Shown: positions 27,623-41,259, numbered from the stretch's first letter. The stretch: 64,000 nucleotides of DNA from Eledone cirrhosa (GCA_964016885.1 OZ024747.1:48050001-48114000); one strand, 5' to 3'. Numbers and translations are program-made. The notes: generated from the sequence alone by a model not told the origin.

Positions 27623-27886
27623 ATATATTTCTGTGTGTGTATATATATATATATATATATTACACACACAGAAATGTATATATATTTCTGTGTGTGTATA
27701 TATATATATATTACACACACAGAAATGTATATATATTTCTGTGTGTATATATATATATTACACACACAGAAATGTATATATATTTCTGTGTGTGTATATA
27801 TATATATATTACACACACAGAAATGTATATATATTTCTGTGTGTATATATATATATATTACACACACAGAAATGTATATATATTTC
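27623..27886. repeat. Tandem array of four self-complementary units of about 60 bp
   Basis: Unit is ATTTCTGTGTG(TG)TA-(TA)n-TTACACACACAGAAAT-GTATAT. Confidence 0.95.
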
Positions 27887-27997
27887 TTAGAACAAAATTA
27901 TTATTAATGTTTTGTTGTTCATAACAATTGAAAAATTACTTTTGAAATTATTAGTTATTTTACTAATGCTTAGATATGTAAAAATGAAGCAATGTTT

Positions 27998-28192
27998 CTA
28001 ATAATTGTTTCTACTTTTGGCACAAGGCCAGCAATTACCCAGTACATTACTGGTACTTTATTTTATCGACCCCGTGACGATGAAAGGCAAAGTCAACCTC
28101 GGCGGTATTTGAACTCAGACCGTAAAGGGACGTAACTCCATGCTATGAAGCATGGTGTCCGACTCTACAGATTCTGCCAATCCACCGCCCTA
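27998..28192 (-). mobile_element. Full-length tRNA-derived SINE family 2
   Basis: A-box-like TGGCAGAATC, B box GAGTTCAAATAC, conserved central domain, (ATT) tail. Confidence 0.82.
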
Positions 28193-28514
28193 ATGTCTGT
28201 ACGTAATGAGGGAGTGAGAGGGGAGAGAAAGAAAGGCAGAGGTGAAGTGACGGACTCTCTCCTCCTCCTCCATCTCCCCATTCGTCACAGCAATAGAGGG
28301 GAGGAATGTTAGTGTGTTACAAAGAGAAAGAGTGAGAGTGAGAGAAACAGACAGACTAAAAGAGAGGGATAGCTGGAGAGAGAGAGAGAGATAGCAACCA
28401 CGCGCGCACGTGTTTCCACTGTCGGACAGACAGACAGAGAAATTGCTGGTTATATATTATAAGGAAATTAGAAAATAAAAAGGCATAAAAAAATTCTAAA
28501 TTAATATAATCAGT

Positions 28515-29153
28515 TGGCTGTTGTCTGCAGACGACATGGTGTTACTCAACTCGACAGAAGGTGATCTTCGACTTGCACATGATAGGTTTGATGCCGAGTT
28601 CTGCATGGCTGGAATGAAAATCAGTGCTGCAAACACTAGTCCTCTCAAGGAAGCCTGCACAGTGCATGCTACAGTTCAAGTATCTCGGGGCTGTGTTCAC
28701 AAGTGATGGAAGGCAGGAGGCTGAATTAAGTGCAAGAATTGCAAAAGTTGGTACAGTAATGCACCGGCTTCAACATTGAGTTTCCGTGCAAACAAACTTT
28801 GGGTGATGAATACAAGCAGCCAAAATGGGATTCCTAAAGTATGTAGCTCAGAGATCAGAGAGTCACTACTTCTCCAAATTGACAGATCACAGCCCTGATA
28901 CTATGTGCACGTGGTTAGAATGTCTCAGGAAAGAATCACAGGACAGATTTTATGGGCAAAACCAACGGACAAGAGACCCAGGGGTAGACACTGAGCAATA
29001 TGGTTGGATAACATCCATGAGCTTGGCTGGTCATGCTTTGGGATCCAGCAGGATCAGTTGGAGATGGTTGCTTTTAACAGGACCCGCTGGAATGAGTGCT
29101 TGAGGACTCTGCCCCCAAAACCCACCCAGGAATGAGTGGCCGAAGAAGAAGAA
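28515..29153 (+). mobile_element. Old deleted RTE-like 3' fragment
   Basis: SADDMVLL..GMKIS remnant; ends in (GAA)n. Confidence 0.65.
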
Positions 29154-30304
29154 ATGGAGATATATTTAGTTTAAGGTATTATTTTTTTTTAAATTTCCTT
29201 TAACCATTATGGAGACTAGCAAAAAAAATCACCCTGCAGGTAGTTTTCTGCTAGCATGTGTCGTGTGCATATTGATATTATAAGCAAATATATATGCATG
29301 TAGATATGATAGGTCAAATGAAATCATAATTGACAATATGCACAGAAATTGAACAAAGTCTGTGTTACACTCTCTTCTGTAATCAGTAACGTAATCCATG
29401 ATACATTTAAAAAAAGACGATATTATATATAAACTGCATATATAATAAACTAAAATGTTATGGAAACGAAGAAGTAGAAAATTAGCAACCTAAATATAAA
29501 CCTTATATAATGATGCAAATAGATGAACATTTATATAAGCGATGTAATAAATGTTATAATATAACGGACGCTAACCGGAAGTATTGACATTTGAAAATTT
29601 TAAAGAAATGAATCTTAAAATAAGCAATAGTTTATATATAAGAATATTTATGTTTAATCAAGAGCTACAAAATTTAGTACATAAATTACATAATATTCAT
29701 TCATTATTTATTTAAAGTAATCCAACTTATTTTACTAACGGGATAAAAAGTTATAAAACTGACGCTGTCCCGCACTCCTCCCTTTATTATATTATAGATA
29801 ATTTAAAACACTAGGGAGAGATTGAAATGAATAGGGATTCAACTAAGAGAACATTGTAAAATGATTCAGAGTAGAAGGAGGGAGGAAGGGACAGCGAGAG
29901 AAGAGAGGCAGAGTAAGATAAAGAGAGGGAGAGAGAGGAAGCAAAATAAAACAAAACAAGATTGGAAGAAAAAATCTAAGTCGCAAAGAAAAACAGTCAG
30001 TGCACGTGTCATTATGCATATATATGTAGGGAATATTTATGTATTAAAATGTTAAAATAATAAAACTGTTAAAAAGTTAAAATAATAAAATAAAATGTTC
30101 TCAATGCAATGCAATGCATAATAAAACCTATGACGATATAGGAAATGTAAAAAAACAGTGTTGCATTATGAAATAATCACTCCAGATATTTTTAGAAGTT
30201 GATGAAAATTACCAAAATATTGACCTTGAATATAACCAGTATACCATTGATTTTTTTTTGGTCATATATTCATCAGCTTATATTTGAACATTTATGGTAC
30301 TTAC

Positions 30305-30405
30305 CTAGCTATGGTTGAAGCTTCCTCCTCTCCTTTTATACCACCATTCTGGCACAACAGAGGAGCCATACCTTTTAAAATCTTGAAAGGATCCATGGTT
30401 GGCAC
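30305..30405 (-). CDS. PPP1R10: PNUTS/PP1 regulatory subunit 10, N-terminal exon (101 bp; in-frame ATG at 30396)
   Basis: tttcAG acceptor and GTAAGT donor. Encodes VPTMDPFKILKGMAPLLCQNGGIKGEEEASTIA(S), compared with human [33 protein letters not shown] (recalled). Its phase-2 end matches the next exon. Confidence 0.87.
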
Positions 30406-30989
30406 CTGAAATATTCACATACACTAATTAAAACAAAATATAGAATCATTTAAAAAATGTTTATTCTTTTTCTCGTTTCCCTTTTGTAACTCTAACAAGA
30501 ATATACTGTCTTTGTGTATTTTATCTCTTAACATCCTGTAATGATTTAGCAGACAATAGCTAAAAATGACTTTGTTAATGACAGATTGTTGTGAAAATTT
30601 ACAGCTAACTAAAACCTTTAATGCAATGCAGTCATACTGCTGCATTGTTCTCTTCAAGAATGTCATCTTGTTAATGTGGTTTTATGTGGTACAGGACGTT
30701 AAGAGCAAAGTAATAAAAAAATGATGCAAGGTTATTCTAATTTTCAACTCAACACTTGATAACAAACCACATGAAACCAACCCTGGTTTAATGATGCAAT
30801 GCAGTTTATTTAAAAGTGCATATATTTATCTAACAAGCTTCCAATCATTAAACTATGTTCTAAACATCAGCTTTAAAATGAAAGTTAATAACTAAATCAG
30901 ACCAAATTATTTGAAAGTCATTGGCAGTGTTTTTTATTAACAACTCTTTTGTTCATGAGACACTACCATGATTCTCAATTAATTTGGTA

Positions 30990-31255
30990 AATAATAAAGA
31001 AATAAATTGCAGAGTGATAGGAATAGAGCCAGTGATAAATGTTGTGAAGAGAAATGGGATGAGATGGTTGGGTCACATGTTGGGGAGGCATAAAAGTGAC
31101 TGGGTGAGAGGAGTAATAGAAATGAATATGGAAGGAAGTAGTAGAAGGGGAAAACAAAGAAAGATATGGTCAAAGATGAAGGAAGAGGAGGATATAAAAG
31201 CTAGTGAGGGGTATGCAGACGATGGGCTGAAATGGAGAAGCTTGTAGAGGGGAAG
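30990..31255 (+). mobile_element. Old RTE 3' fragment (similar at 36805-37090)
   Basis: MRWLGHML..RRGKQRKIW remnant. Confidence 0.6.
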
Positions 31256-32122
31256 ATGGCCTTAAAAGACTTGTTATCTTTCATATGAAATATGGTAACA
31301 AAAGGGTTAATAATAAAAAAAAACACATTTAACTACTGTTATGTATCAGTCTAAGGTTTGAATTTAACTTTCAACATTTTAATAGAGGCATGTCAGTGTT
31401 TAGAGGGTTAGAGAACCCAAATCGACACCAGTACTTTTAAGCTTGGTTCTTATTTTATTAATTTCTATTTGTCAAACTACTAAGCTACTGGACCTACATA
31501 CACACAAGTATATACACATGGTGGTCTTCTGCAGTTTCTGTTTACCAAATTTTACAAGGCATTGGTCAACTTAAGGCAATACTAGAAGACACTTGTCTAT
31601 GATGCCATGGAGACTGAACCCAAAGCAAACTCCTAAATCAAAAAGCCATGCCTACATTTGTTCAAACCGGCCCTTAAAGCCCAATAACACCCACACTGAA
31701 ATATTGTTCTAAAAATAAACGATACCGTCATAAAAATCTCGTCAATTCGAGATTACTGCGAGATTAGGCCCTTACCATGAAAATTAACACTAAACATTGT
31801 GAAACTACTTAAAATAACACGTGCTTTTTTAACATTGAAAGTAGAACAGATTTTTTGTGTGTATCAAGATGGCTTGTGAAAGTAGTGATACCGACTTTGA
31901 AGGTTTTACACATGACGAGATTCAGAATGAACAAGAAACAAAAGATAATAATAGTGATTTATCCTCAAAGAATCAGACGTTTACATTTCTGAAATTTCAT
32001 TAGACGATGATTGTTATTTTGAAAGTGAAAACGGAGATCTCCAGGACGCCATTGAAGATATTACAGTAACGTGGCCGAAAAATACCACACCTATACATGT
32101 TCCCGATTTTATTGAACATTCT

Positions 32123-34427
32123 GGCATACCCCAGGAAAGAATGTACCCCACAGCATAGGTTAGTCGTTAGTGATATCTCAGTAAGCAAGAGACGGAATGA
32201 GACATACAGGAAGGTGTGGAGAAGAAAGGTCTGGAAGCTAAAAGACCTTTCACTAAAATACAAATTTAGGAAAGTCCTTCAAGATGTGTATGACGAAAAA
32301 GAAGACGATTTAGAGTTGTATGACATAGATGATAACTGGAATTTCTTACGTGACAACTTACTGCAGGCTACTGAAGAAACTTGTGGCTGGAGCAGAGCTC
32401 CAACCAGACAGAGAGTGACCTGGTGGTGGAACAGCACGGTAGATAGGACCATTAGAGACAAAAGACTAGCATGGAATGCTTGGAAAAATGGTGGGAGTAG
32501 AGAAGGATATACAGCCACTAAGAGAGAAGCTAGACATCAGGTGTACTTTGCACGCAGGGAGGCTGAGAGTAGCAGGTTTGCCAATGTTCTGCGAGGAGAA
32601 GATCAGAGACTTGCAGTGTTCCGCATTGCAAGGCAGTGTGTCAGTGCAAATCAGGATGTTGTTGGAGGTAAGTGTGTCCGGAATGGTGCCGGTGTACTTA
32701 CTGTCATGAATGATAAAAAAAAGGAGGTCTGGAAATGTCACTATGAGAGACTGATGAATGTGGAGAACGAATGGGAGAGAGGGAAATTACACCCAGTAGA
32801 CCCGACAGAGGGACCATCTATTGAGATTGATGAATATCGGGTCCAAGAGGCGATTAAGGAAATGAAAAATGGTAAGGCCGCTGGAACGTCAGGGATAGTT
32901 GCTGAGATGCTGAAGGCATCAGGGGACGGACGTAGGCACTAAACTGGTTGCATGCATCATCAATCAGGCTATATATGGTGGTTTCATACCCAAAGACTGG
33001 TGCAGCAGTATTCTTATAAATTGCTACAAAGGTAAAGGGGATGCTCTGGAGAGGAGCAACTATAGGGGCATTAAACTGATGCATCAGGTTATGAAAGTGG
33101 CAGAAAGGATATTAGCACAACTAATTAGAGAAAGGGTCAAACTAGATGAGATGCAGTTTGGTTTTGTGCCTGGGAAAAGTACAACAGATGCCCTCTTCTT
33201 GGTGAGACAATTGCAAGAGAGGTTCTTAGAGAAGAATAAGCCACTATACTTAGCCTTTGTTGACCTAGAGAAGGCCTTTGATAGGGTATCCCGATCTGTC
33301 ATCTGGTGGTCCCTAAGGAAACTAGGTGTTGAGGAATGGCTTTTGAGGACAGTGCAAACTTTGTACAGAGGTGCTGTCGGTAAAGTCAGGTTAGGAACGG
33401 AGTTTAGTGAGGAATTCCAGATACAAGTAGGAGTACATCAGAGTTCGGTCCTCAGCCCACTCTTGTTCATTATAGTCCTCCAAGCCATAACAGAGGAGTT
33501 TAAGACTGGTTGCCCATGGGAACTTCTCTATGCTGACGATCTGGTTCTTATAGCAGAATCAGTAGAGGAGCTGGAGAATAAATTCTGGCTATGGAAACAG
33601 CAGTTGGAATCAAGAGGACTGAGAGTGAACCTAGCTAAGACAAAAGTGTTGATGAGTAGAAAAGAGGACAAAACTCTGATTCCGTCAGGGAAATGGTCAT
33701 GTTCGATATGCAGAAAAGGAACTGGCATAAATTCTATAAAATGTACACAATGCAGATCTTGGGTACACAAGAGATGTAGTGGGATAGCAGGCAAACTAAC
33801 ACGCAGGGAGAAATATGTATGCAGTAGATGTACAGGGAAATTAGACAGTAGAAGTCGCATTGATAGACACATTTTTCAAATGCAGGTGGGTTGATAGCTT
33901 CCGGTACCTAGATGATCAGATTAGCATGGGAGGGGGTGTTCCGAGGCCATAGTATCTAGAATAAGGACAGGTTGGACGAAGTTTAGGGAGCTGCTTCCCC
34001 TGCGTACGAAAGGCCGGTTATATGATGCTTGTGTGAGGTGCGCGATGTTGCATGCTAGTGAGACATGAGCAGCAACTGCAGAGGATATGCAACGGCTGGA
34101 GAGAAATGAGGCAAGCATGCTCCGTTGGATGTGCAATGTCAATGTGCGTCAACGACCGGGCATGGATGTGTTGAGAGAGATAAATTGTAGTGTGCGGGAG
34201 AGGAGACTGCGATGGTATGGACATGTGATATGCATGGAGGATGACCGATGGGTGAAGAAGTGCCAATTGAAGGAAGACGTAGTAGAGGAAGACCACGAAA
34301 AACATGGGCAGAGGTGGTGAGAGCAGACCTCAGAAGCTCACGGTGACAAGTGGGGAGATGCTGTGCTGAATAGGATCCGTCCCACCCTTGCAAGCAGGGA
34401 AAAGCGGACGTAAAATGATGCTGATGA
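32123..34427 (+). mobile_element. 5'-truncated RTE family A LINE inserted in the piggyBac ORF
   Basis: ORFs 32097..32942 and 33079..33894 (RT plus PHD); family A tail; CTGG on both sides. Confidence 0.95.
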
Positions 34428-35726
34428 CTGGTCCTCAACACACATTACCTCCCGATGCTAAAGCACTGGATTATTTTGTGTTGTTTTTGCCACAAACTTT
34501 CTTCGAAGTTGTGGCAAAAGAGACTAATCTATATGCCCAACAACAGATTTCAAATCGATGAAAACCAATCTGTTATGGCGACCAACAGATGCTGCGATGA
34601 TGCAAGCATTTTTTACAATAAATATGTTTGTTATAAAACAATTTCCAAGACTGTGGAATTACTGGAACACTGATATAAGGTTTAGTGACTCTTATATGTC
34701 AAGTATTATGGCAAAAACAAGATATTTAAAATTAAACCATTAATTAAAATGCTATCTGAAAAATTTAAAACAGTATATATACCTGGGAAAAATCTTAGTG
34801 TTGATGAAGCTATGATTGGGTATAAGGGTAGAATACATTTCTGACAATATATGCCAGCTAAACCCACCAAATAGGGCATCAAGGTGTGGGAACTCTGTGA
34901 ATCGGACACAGGCTACTGTGTAAACTTTGATGTTTACACAGAAAAGAAACACAACAGAGAGAGAAAAAATGGATTGGGGTACGATGTTGTGTGGTCTCTG
35001 ACTGAACCCTTCCACTCTCAACACAGACACATATATTTTGACCATTTTTTTTCTTTAGTGCTTCTAGCAGAGGATCTTACCCTCATAAATACGTACACCT
35101 GCGGTACAATAATGGGGAATCGCAAAGAGCTACCCCAAGAAATAAAAGTCACAAAATTTAAAAAGATAGAGGATATTCTCCAAGTGCAAAAAGGGAACAT
35201 GTAAGCCACATTGTACAAAAACAAAAGGCTAATTTTGTTCCTATCTTTTAACCAACATCCAGGAGTTGAGGCTGAAGGTAAACCTTTAGTCAACCATTCC
35301 TATAATAAATATATGGGCGGAGTTGACAAATCCGACCAATATTGTGCGTATTACCCAGTTGGATGCCCTGGAAAGAAATGGTGGAGATATATCTTACGGT
35401 TTTTAGTGAATTTAACCATTGTCAATTCTTTTATTGTATTCACTAAAAGCCACAAGGATCTGCCACCACCAAAGGACTACTGCCACATGAAATTTTGTGT
35501 GGACGTCGCATCTCAGCTACATGGAGGATATACTTCTCGCAAACACAAGGCTGAGAGAAAGTCAAAATTATCTGAGGTGAACAAAGAAAATATTGATTTT
35601 CATAACGTGGAGAAAATTGATGGGAGGAATAAGGTTTGCCGAATATGCTCGTTTATTTGTTCATTTTGCAAAGTGACATTATGTAAAAGCTGTTTTGGCC
35701 AATATCATGATAGAAATATTGTCTGA
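34428..35726 (+). pseudogene. piggyBac (PGBD4-like) transposase pseudogene; N-terminus at about 31868-32124
   Basis: LSVDEAMIGYKGR..QYMPAKPTK*GIKVW, IYFDHFF, YNKYMGGVDKSDQ, and a C-terminal Cys-rich CRIC..CSFCKVTLCKSCF..YH; stops and frameshifts. Confidence 0.9.
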
Positions 35727-36346
35727 CAATATTGGAAAAAATATTTTAAAAATATATTGGAACACATTAGATACAAAAACACTGCATTCACCTGTGTCAC
35801 ACTTGCATTTACCTGTGTCACACCTGCATTCACCTGTTCATACCTGCATCACACCTGTTAATGAACTTATATATTGAGCACATTCTTTTATATGAATTTA
35901 CTGAGTACATTGCCAATATTATTTTGACTGGTGAAAGAGTTTTATACATTTTTTTCAATGAAAATATTTGCATGAAATGTAGAGACAGACTAAAACTGTG
36001 TACTGATTATACCTGCATTTTAAATTAATTCACCTGTTCGGAAAAGTGCTAAAATTGTTGGAAGTCAACATCTAGGTCATTGTTGGATATTTTTTGTAAC
36101 AAATCTAACAGGTAAGTCAGATAAAGTTTAAATTTTTGTGTTTATCCATAAAGTCATTACTTTTACACCTGTTAAATAATTTCACCTGCCCATAAAAGTC
36201 AAATTTAACAAAAAATATCAGTAAAAATATACAATTGTAAATTATTGATATTTTAACATCTGACAAAATTTCAAGTCTGCACATAGAAAATTAAAAAAAT
36301 TACAAACAAATAAAATTGATAACCCTCTTGAGTATGATTAACTCAA

Positions 36347-36522
36347 AATAATTGTTTCTACTTTTGGCACAAGGCCAGCAATTACCCAGTGCATTACTGG
36401 TACTTTATTTTATCGACCCCATAAGGATGAAAGGCAAAGTTAACCGGGATTTGAACTCAGAATGGCAAGGGCCGTAACTATGCGTCAAAGCATGGCATCC
36501 GACCCTCTACTGATACTGCCAG
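36347..36522 (-). mobile_element. SINE family 2 copy
   Basis: Aligns with 27998-28185. Confidence 0.8.
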
Positions 36523-37376
36523 TGAATAGATAAGCATGACATTTGAAAATTAATGTGAATGCTAAAGGGTTAAGAGGTTTCATGTGGTACAAATTGTTAA
36601 GCCTATATTAAGCAAAACTGACAAAAAATCAACCAGTAAGAAAACATTTATATACATACCTTCAACTTTTCTTCTCTTCATAAGTGAGCAAGAAATGACA
36701 AGATGTAGAGTCTCTATCCATCAATTTTTAATCAAAACTACAAAGAAAAAAAAATTGAGTCAGCTTCTATGTTACAATTTTGCATTCATTTTTATTCTAC
36801 ATTGGTAATGTTGTGAAGAAAGAGATGGTTAGGTCATGTGTTGATGATGAATGTAACTGGGTGAGAGGAATAGAGTTTGTGATGAATGTTGTGAAGAAAA
36901 ATGGAATGAGATGATTAGGTCATGTGTTGATGAAGATGAAAGTGACTGGGTGAGAGGGTTAAAGCCAGTAATTAATGTTGTGAAGAGAAATGATTGGGCT
37001 ATGTGTTGAGGTAGGATGAAAGTGAATGATGGGCCAGAAGAGTGGGCGGATGCAGACAATAGGGCAAAATGGTGAAGCTTGTCATGAGTAACTGCAAGAG
37101 TAACCACTGCTTTAACAGAGAAAATTACCTTAACATGTTTGTTGTACCGGTATGAATGGAACAATTAGTCTAACTCTGAACATTTAATTACATATTGTAG
37201 GAGTAATTATAAACAGGATCTGTGGAAATTCCAGTTTATTAGTTTTCTTATTTTTTTTATATATAAATGTAAATCTCCATAACCCTGTTACATTATGCTA
37301 AAGATTTCAATTAGGACTTTGATTTCTATTCATAATTAAAACTGTTTAAAGTCTAACACTAACTTGTTTTGCTATG

Positions 37377-37605
37377 TTAACCCTTCTGTAACCATATTTC
37401 TAATACATTACCATTAATTTTCAAATAATTCTGAAATTAATCAAGATATTGAAAGAATTTTGTAATTTAACTAACTCTCTCATTAAGCTGGTATTTGAAA
37501 CATAACTTAAGATTCGTAGATAAAATTATAATGGAAGGTATTTAAATGAATATAAACAGTGCAGCACCAGGGGCAGTTTGATATCAAAAGGATCAAAAAT
37601 TTTGA
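37377..37605 (+). mobile_element. piggyBac-type MITE end (a related end in opposite orientation lies at about 30840-31311)
   Basis: TTAA|CCCTTCTGTAACCATATTTC compared with GAAATATGGTAACAAAAGGG|TTAA; internal similarity. Confidence 0.55.
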
Positions 37606-38048
37606 ATCATCATCATCATCATCATCATCATCGTTTAACGTCCATATTCCACGCTTGCATGGGTTTGGACGGGAGTTTTCCCACTTGAAGCAAGAGTGGT
37701 TGTCTTTCTCGCATAGGACTGTGAGGCGGGTTTTCTACGGCTGGATGCCCTTCCTAACACCAACCACATTTACAGTGTGGAACTGGGAGGTTTTTGCCGT
37801 GTTACCTACACGGCCACATTACAGCGTGGACTGTGTGTTTTTTTTTGTCGTGACACCTACACGACCTCATTTGTTTTGGGCTGGATGTTGTGGTACCAAC
37901 ATAACTTTACATTGAAAGGGGTGGTGTTGATGGGGTGGGGGTAGTGGGACGGGGGTGTATTTTGTTAGAGGTGCCTACTGACTAGTAGGTTTCACTTTGT
38001 ACTTAGATAAGGCGGGTCTTCTCTATTACTGTGTAGCGCCAAAGATCT
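37606..38048 (-). mobile_element. 3' fragment of RTE family B
   Basis: [14 protein letters not shown]-stop, B 3' UTR, (GAT)n tail. Confidence 0.9.
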
Positions 38049-38090
38049 ATATATACATATATATATATATATATATACATATATATATAC

Positions 38091-38139
<49 letters not shown>

Positions 38140-38154
38140 CATATATATATATAC

Positions 38155-38189
<35 letters not shown>

Positions 38190-38242
38190 CATATATATAT
38201 ACATATATATATATACATATATATATATACATATATATATAT

Positions 38243-38849
38243 ATGGTGGCTGCCAACTCGTTTTCGAGTACGGCCACTACTTTATATCCATGTAGGAGAA
38301 CCCCTACTGATGCGCTAAACAAGTGTGACTTTTTAGTCAGGCCAGCGACTTGAAAACTCTGGTACAAACACTACACTTGTGACAATTATTGACACATAGT
38401 GCTGGGCCCATGGTACCATGTGATGGCAAGTGCAGAGAGATCTCCAGATATAAAGCAATGCCTGTGCCGTGAAGCTTTTATAGTGAGCAAAGGCACTGCA
38501 CAAAGCCAGTCCCACTCTCTTAACCAAGATGATATTTACCAAAAAGAAGAACATGTCAACATCATTGGATACCATCAGAGTTGCAGGTGTTATATCAGAG
38601 TTTTCCTTCTCCTAGAATTCTGCCTTGACAAAGGCTAAGGGGTCATCTCTCCCGGTGATTTTGGATGGCCATTGACTCTTAAGAGCTCCTTTGCCCTTTG
38701 ACAGGTTTTGTTTTTAGTCCTGCAGGATGTCCAAAGTCACCCTCCTCACCAAGGAACCTTGGTGGGGTTGCCAGTTTAGTCGCCAACGACCCGACCATGA
38801 GACAGGTTGTACTGGGATACATGTTACCAGTAGCACCACTGGTGACCTG
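38243..38849 (-). mobile_element. Probable non-autonomous RTE-type element of another family
   Basis: CTAGGAGAAGGAAAACTCTGA motif. The 3' stem-loop GGCCGTACTCGAAAACGAGTTGGCAGCC is shared with the tail-only piece at 46452-46495. TA tracts on both sides. Confidence 0.5.
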
Positions 38850-38852
38850 ATA

Positions 38853-38884
<32 letters not shown>

Positions 38885-39023
38885 CATATATATATATATA
38901 CATATATATATATACATATATATATATACATATATATATATACATATATATATATACATATATACATATACATATATATATATACATATACATATATACA
39001 TATACATATATATATATACATAT

Positions 39024-39114
<91 letters not shown>

Positions 39115-39163
39115 CATACATATATATATATATACATACATATATATATACATACATATATAT

Positions 39164-39196
<33 letters not shown>

Positions 39197-39201
39197 CATA
39201 C

Positions 39202-39282
<81 letters not shown>

Positions 39283-39359
39283 CATATATATATATACATA
39301 TATATATACATACATATATATATATACATATATATATACATACATATATATATACATAC

Positions 39360-39390
<31 letters not shown>

Positions 39391-39452
39391 CATACATATA
39401 TATATATACATATATATATATACATATATATATATACATACATATATATATA

Positions 39453-39484
<32 letters not shown>

Positions 39485-39546
39485 CATACATATATATATA
39501 TACATATATATATATACATATATATATATACATACATATATATATA

Positions 39547-39612
<66 letters not shown>

Positions 39613-39630
39613 TACATATATACATATATA

Positions 39631-39664
<34 letters not shown>

Positions 39665-39730
39665 TACATACATATATACATATATATATATATACATACA
39701 TATATACATATATATATATACATACATATA

Positions 39731-39768
<38 letters not shown>

Positions 39769-39789
39769 CATACATATATACATACATAT

Positions 39790-39856
<67 letters not shown>

Positions 39857-39975
39857 TACATACATATATACATATATATATACATACATATATACATACA
39901 TATATAGATATATATATATATATATATACATACATATATACATATATATATACATACATATATACATATATATAT
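38849..39975. repeat. (TA)n/(TACA)n compound microsatellite, about 1.1 kb
   Basis: Seen directly. Confidence 0.98.
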
Positions 39976-41259
39976 CATCATCATCATCATCATCATCATT
40001 TTACGTCCGCTTTTCCCTGCTTGCAAGGGTGGGACGGGTCTTATTCAGCACAGCATCTCTCCACTCGTCACGGTCCCTCGTCATCTCCACCGTGAGCTTC
40101 AATGATCTGAGGTCTGTTCTCACCACCTCCGCCCATGTTTTTCGTGGTCTACCTCTACCACGTCTTCCTTCAACTGGCATTTCCTGGCACTTCTTCACCC
40201 ATCGGTCATCCTCCATGCGCATCACATGTCCATACCACCTCAGTCTCCTCTCCCGTACACTACATTCTATCCCTCTCAGACACAGTTTCTCTCTCAACAC
40301 ATTTATGCTGGGTCGTTCACGCACATTTACACTGCACATCCAACGGAGCATGCTTGCCTCATTTCTCTCCAGCCGTCGCATATCTTCTGCGGTAGCTGCC
40401 CATGTCTCACTACCATGCAGCATCGCGCTCCTCACACAGGCATCATACAACCGGCCTTTCGTACGCAGGGAGAAACCCTTCTTCGTCAACAGAGGAAGCA
40501 GCTCCCTAAACTTCTTCCAACCCGTCCTTATTCTAGATACTATGGCCTCGGAACACCCTCCTCCCATGCTAATCTGATCTCCTAGGTACCGGAAGCTATC
40601 CACCACTTCTATAGCGCCCTCTCGCATTTGAAAAATGTGTCTATCAGTGCGACTTCTACTGTCTAATTTCCCTGTACATCTACTGCATACATATTTCTCC
40701 CTACCTGTTAGTTTGCCTGCTATCCCGCTACATCTCTTGTGTACCCAGGACCTACATTGTGTGCATTTTATAGAATTTATGCCAGTTCCTTTTCTGCATA
40801 TCGAACATGGCCATTTCCCTGACGGAATCAGGGTTTTGTCCTCTTTTCTACTCATCAACACTTTTGTCTTAGCTAGATTTACTCTCAGTCCTCTTGCTTC
40901 CAACTGCTGTTTCCATAGCCGGAATTTATTCTCTAGCTCCTCTACTGATTCTGCCATAAGAGCCAGATCGTCAGCATAGAGAAGTTCCCATGGACAGCCA
41001 GTCTTAAACTCCTCTGTTATGGCTTGGAGGACTATAATGAACAAGAGCGGGCTGAGGACCGAACCCTGATGTACTCCTACTTGTATCTGGAATTCCTCAC
41101 TAAACTCCATTCCTACCCTGACTTTACTGAGAGTACCTCTGTACAAAGTTTGCACTGTCCTTACAAGCCATTCCTCAACACCCAGCTTCCTTAGGGACCA
41201 CCAGATGACAGATCGGGGTACCCTATCAAAGGCCTTCTCTAGGTCAACAAAGGCTAAGT
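39975..41259 (-). mobile_element. Young RTE family A LINE, 3' part (RT, PHD, tail)
   Basis: Intact ORF 40001..41155 ending LASREKRT-stop directly before (ATG)n. Confidence 0.96.

Larger units (their letters stand above)
26811..29800 (-). mobile_element. Cluster of non-autonomous Helitron-like pieces (interleaved with a SINE and an old RTE)
   Basis: 5'-type ends TCTACTATATAAATGGCAATTTCTGTCTGTCTG (about 27101) and similar at about 28455 and 29797; hairpin plus CTAG 3' ends at about 27102 and 29216. Confidence 0.5.
31660..36573 (+). mobile_element. Decayed piggyBac DNA transposon interrupted by an RTE and a SINE
   Basis: Transposase remnants inside; right end ...GCTAAAGGG|TTAA at 36567-36573; subterminal CACCTGT repeats at 35788-36190; left TIR not seen. 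Confidence 0.75.

Noticed and set aside
27623-27886. CRISPR-like array
   Set aside because: The spacers are just (TA)n, the context is eukaryotic, and there are no cas genes.
37120-37200. Possible upstream PNUTS exon (minus-strand AG|GTAATT donor near 37128)
   Set aside because: No clear acceptor or homology; cannot be supported without RNA data.
31290-37400. GGGTTAA at about 31305 and TTAACCC at about 37377 as the ends of one large piggyBac
   Set aside because: They face outward, so they belong to two separate MITE fragments.
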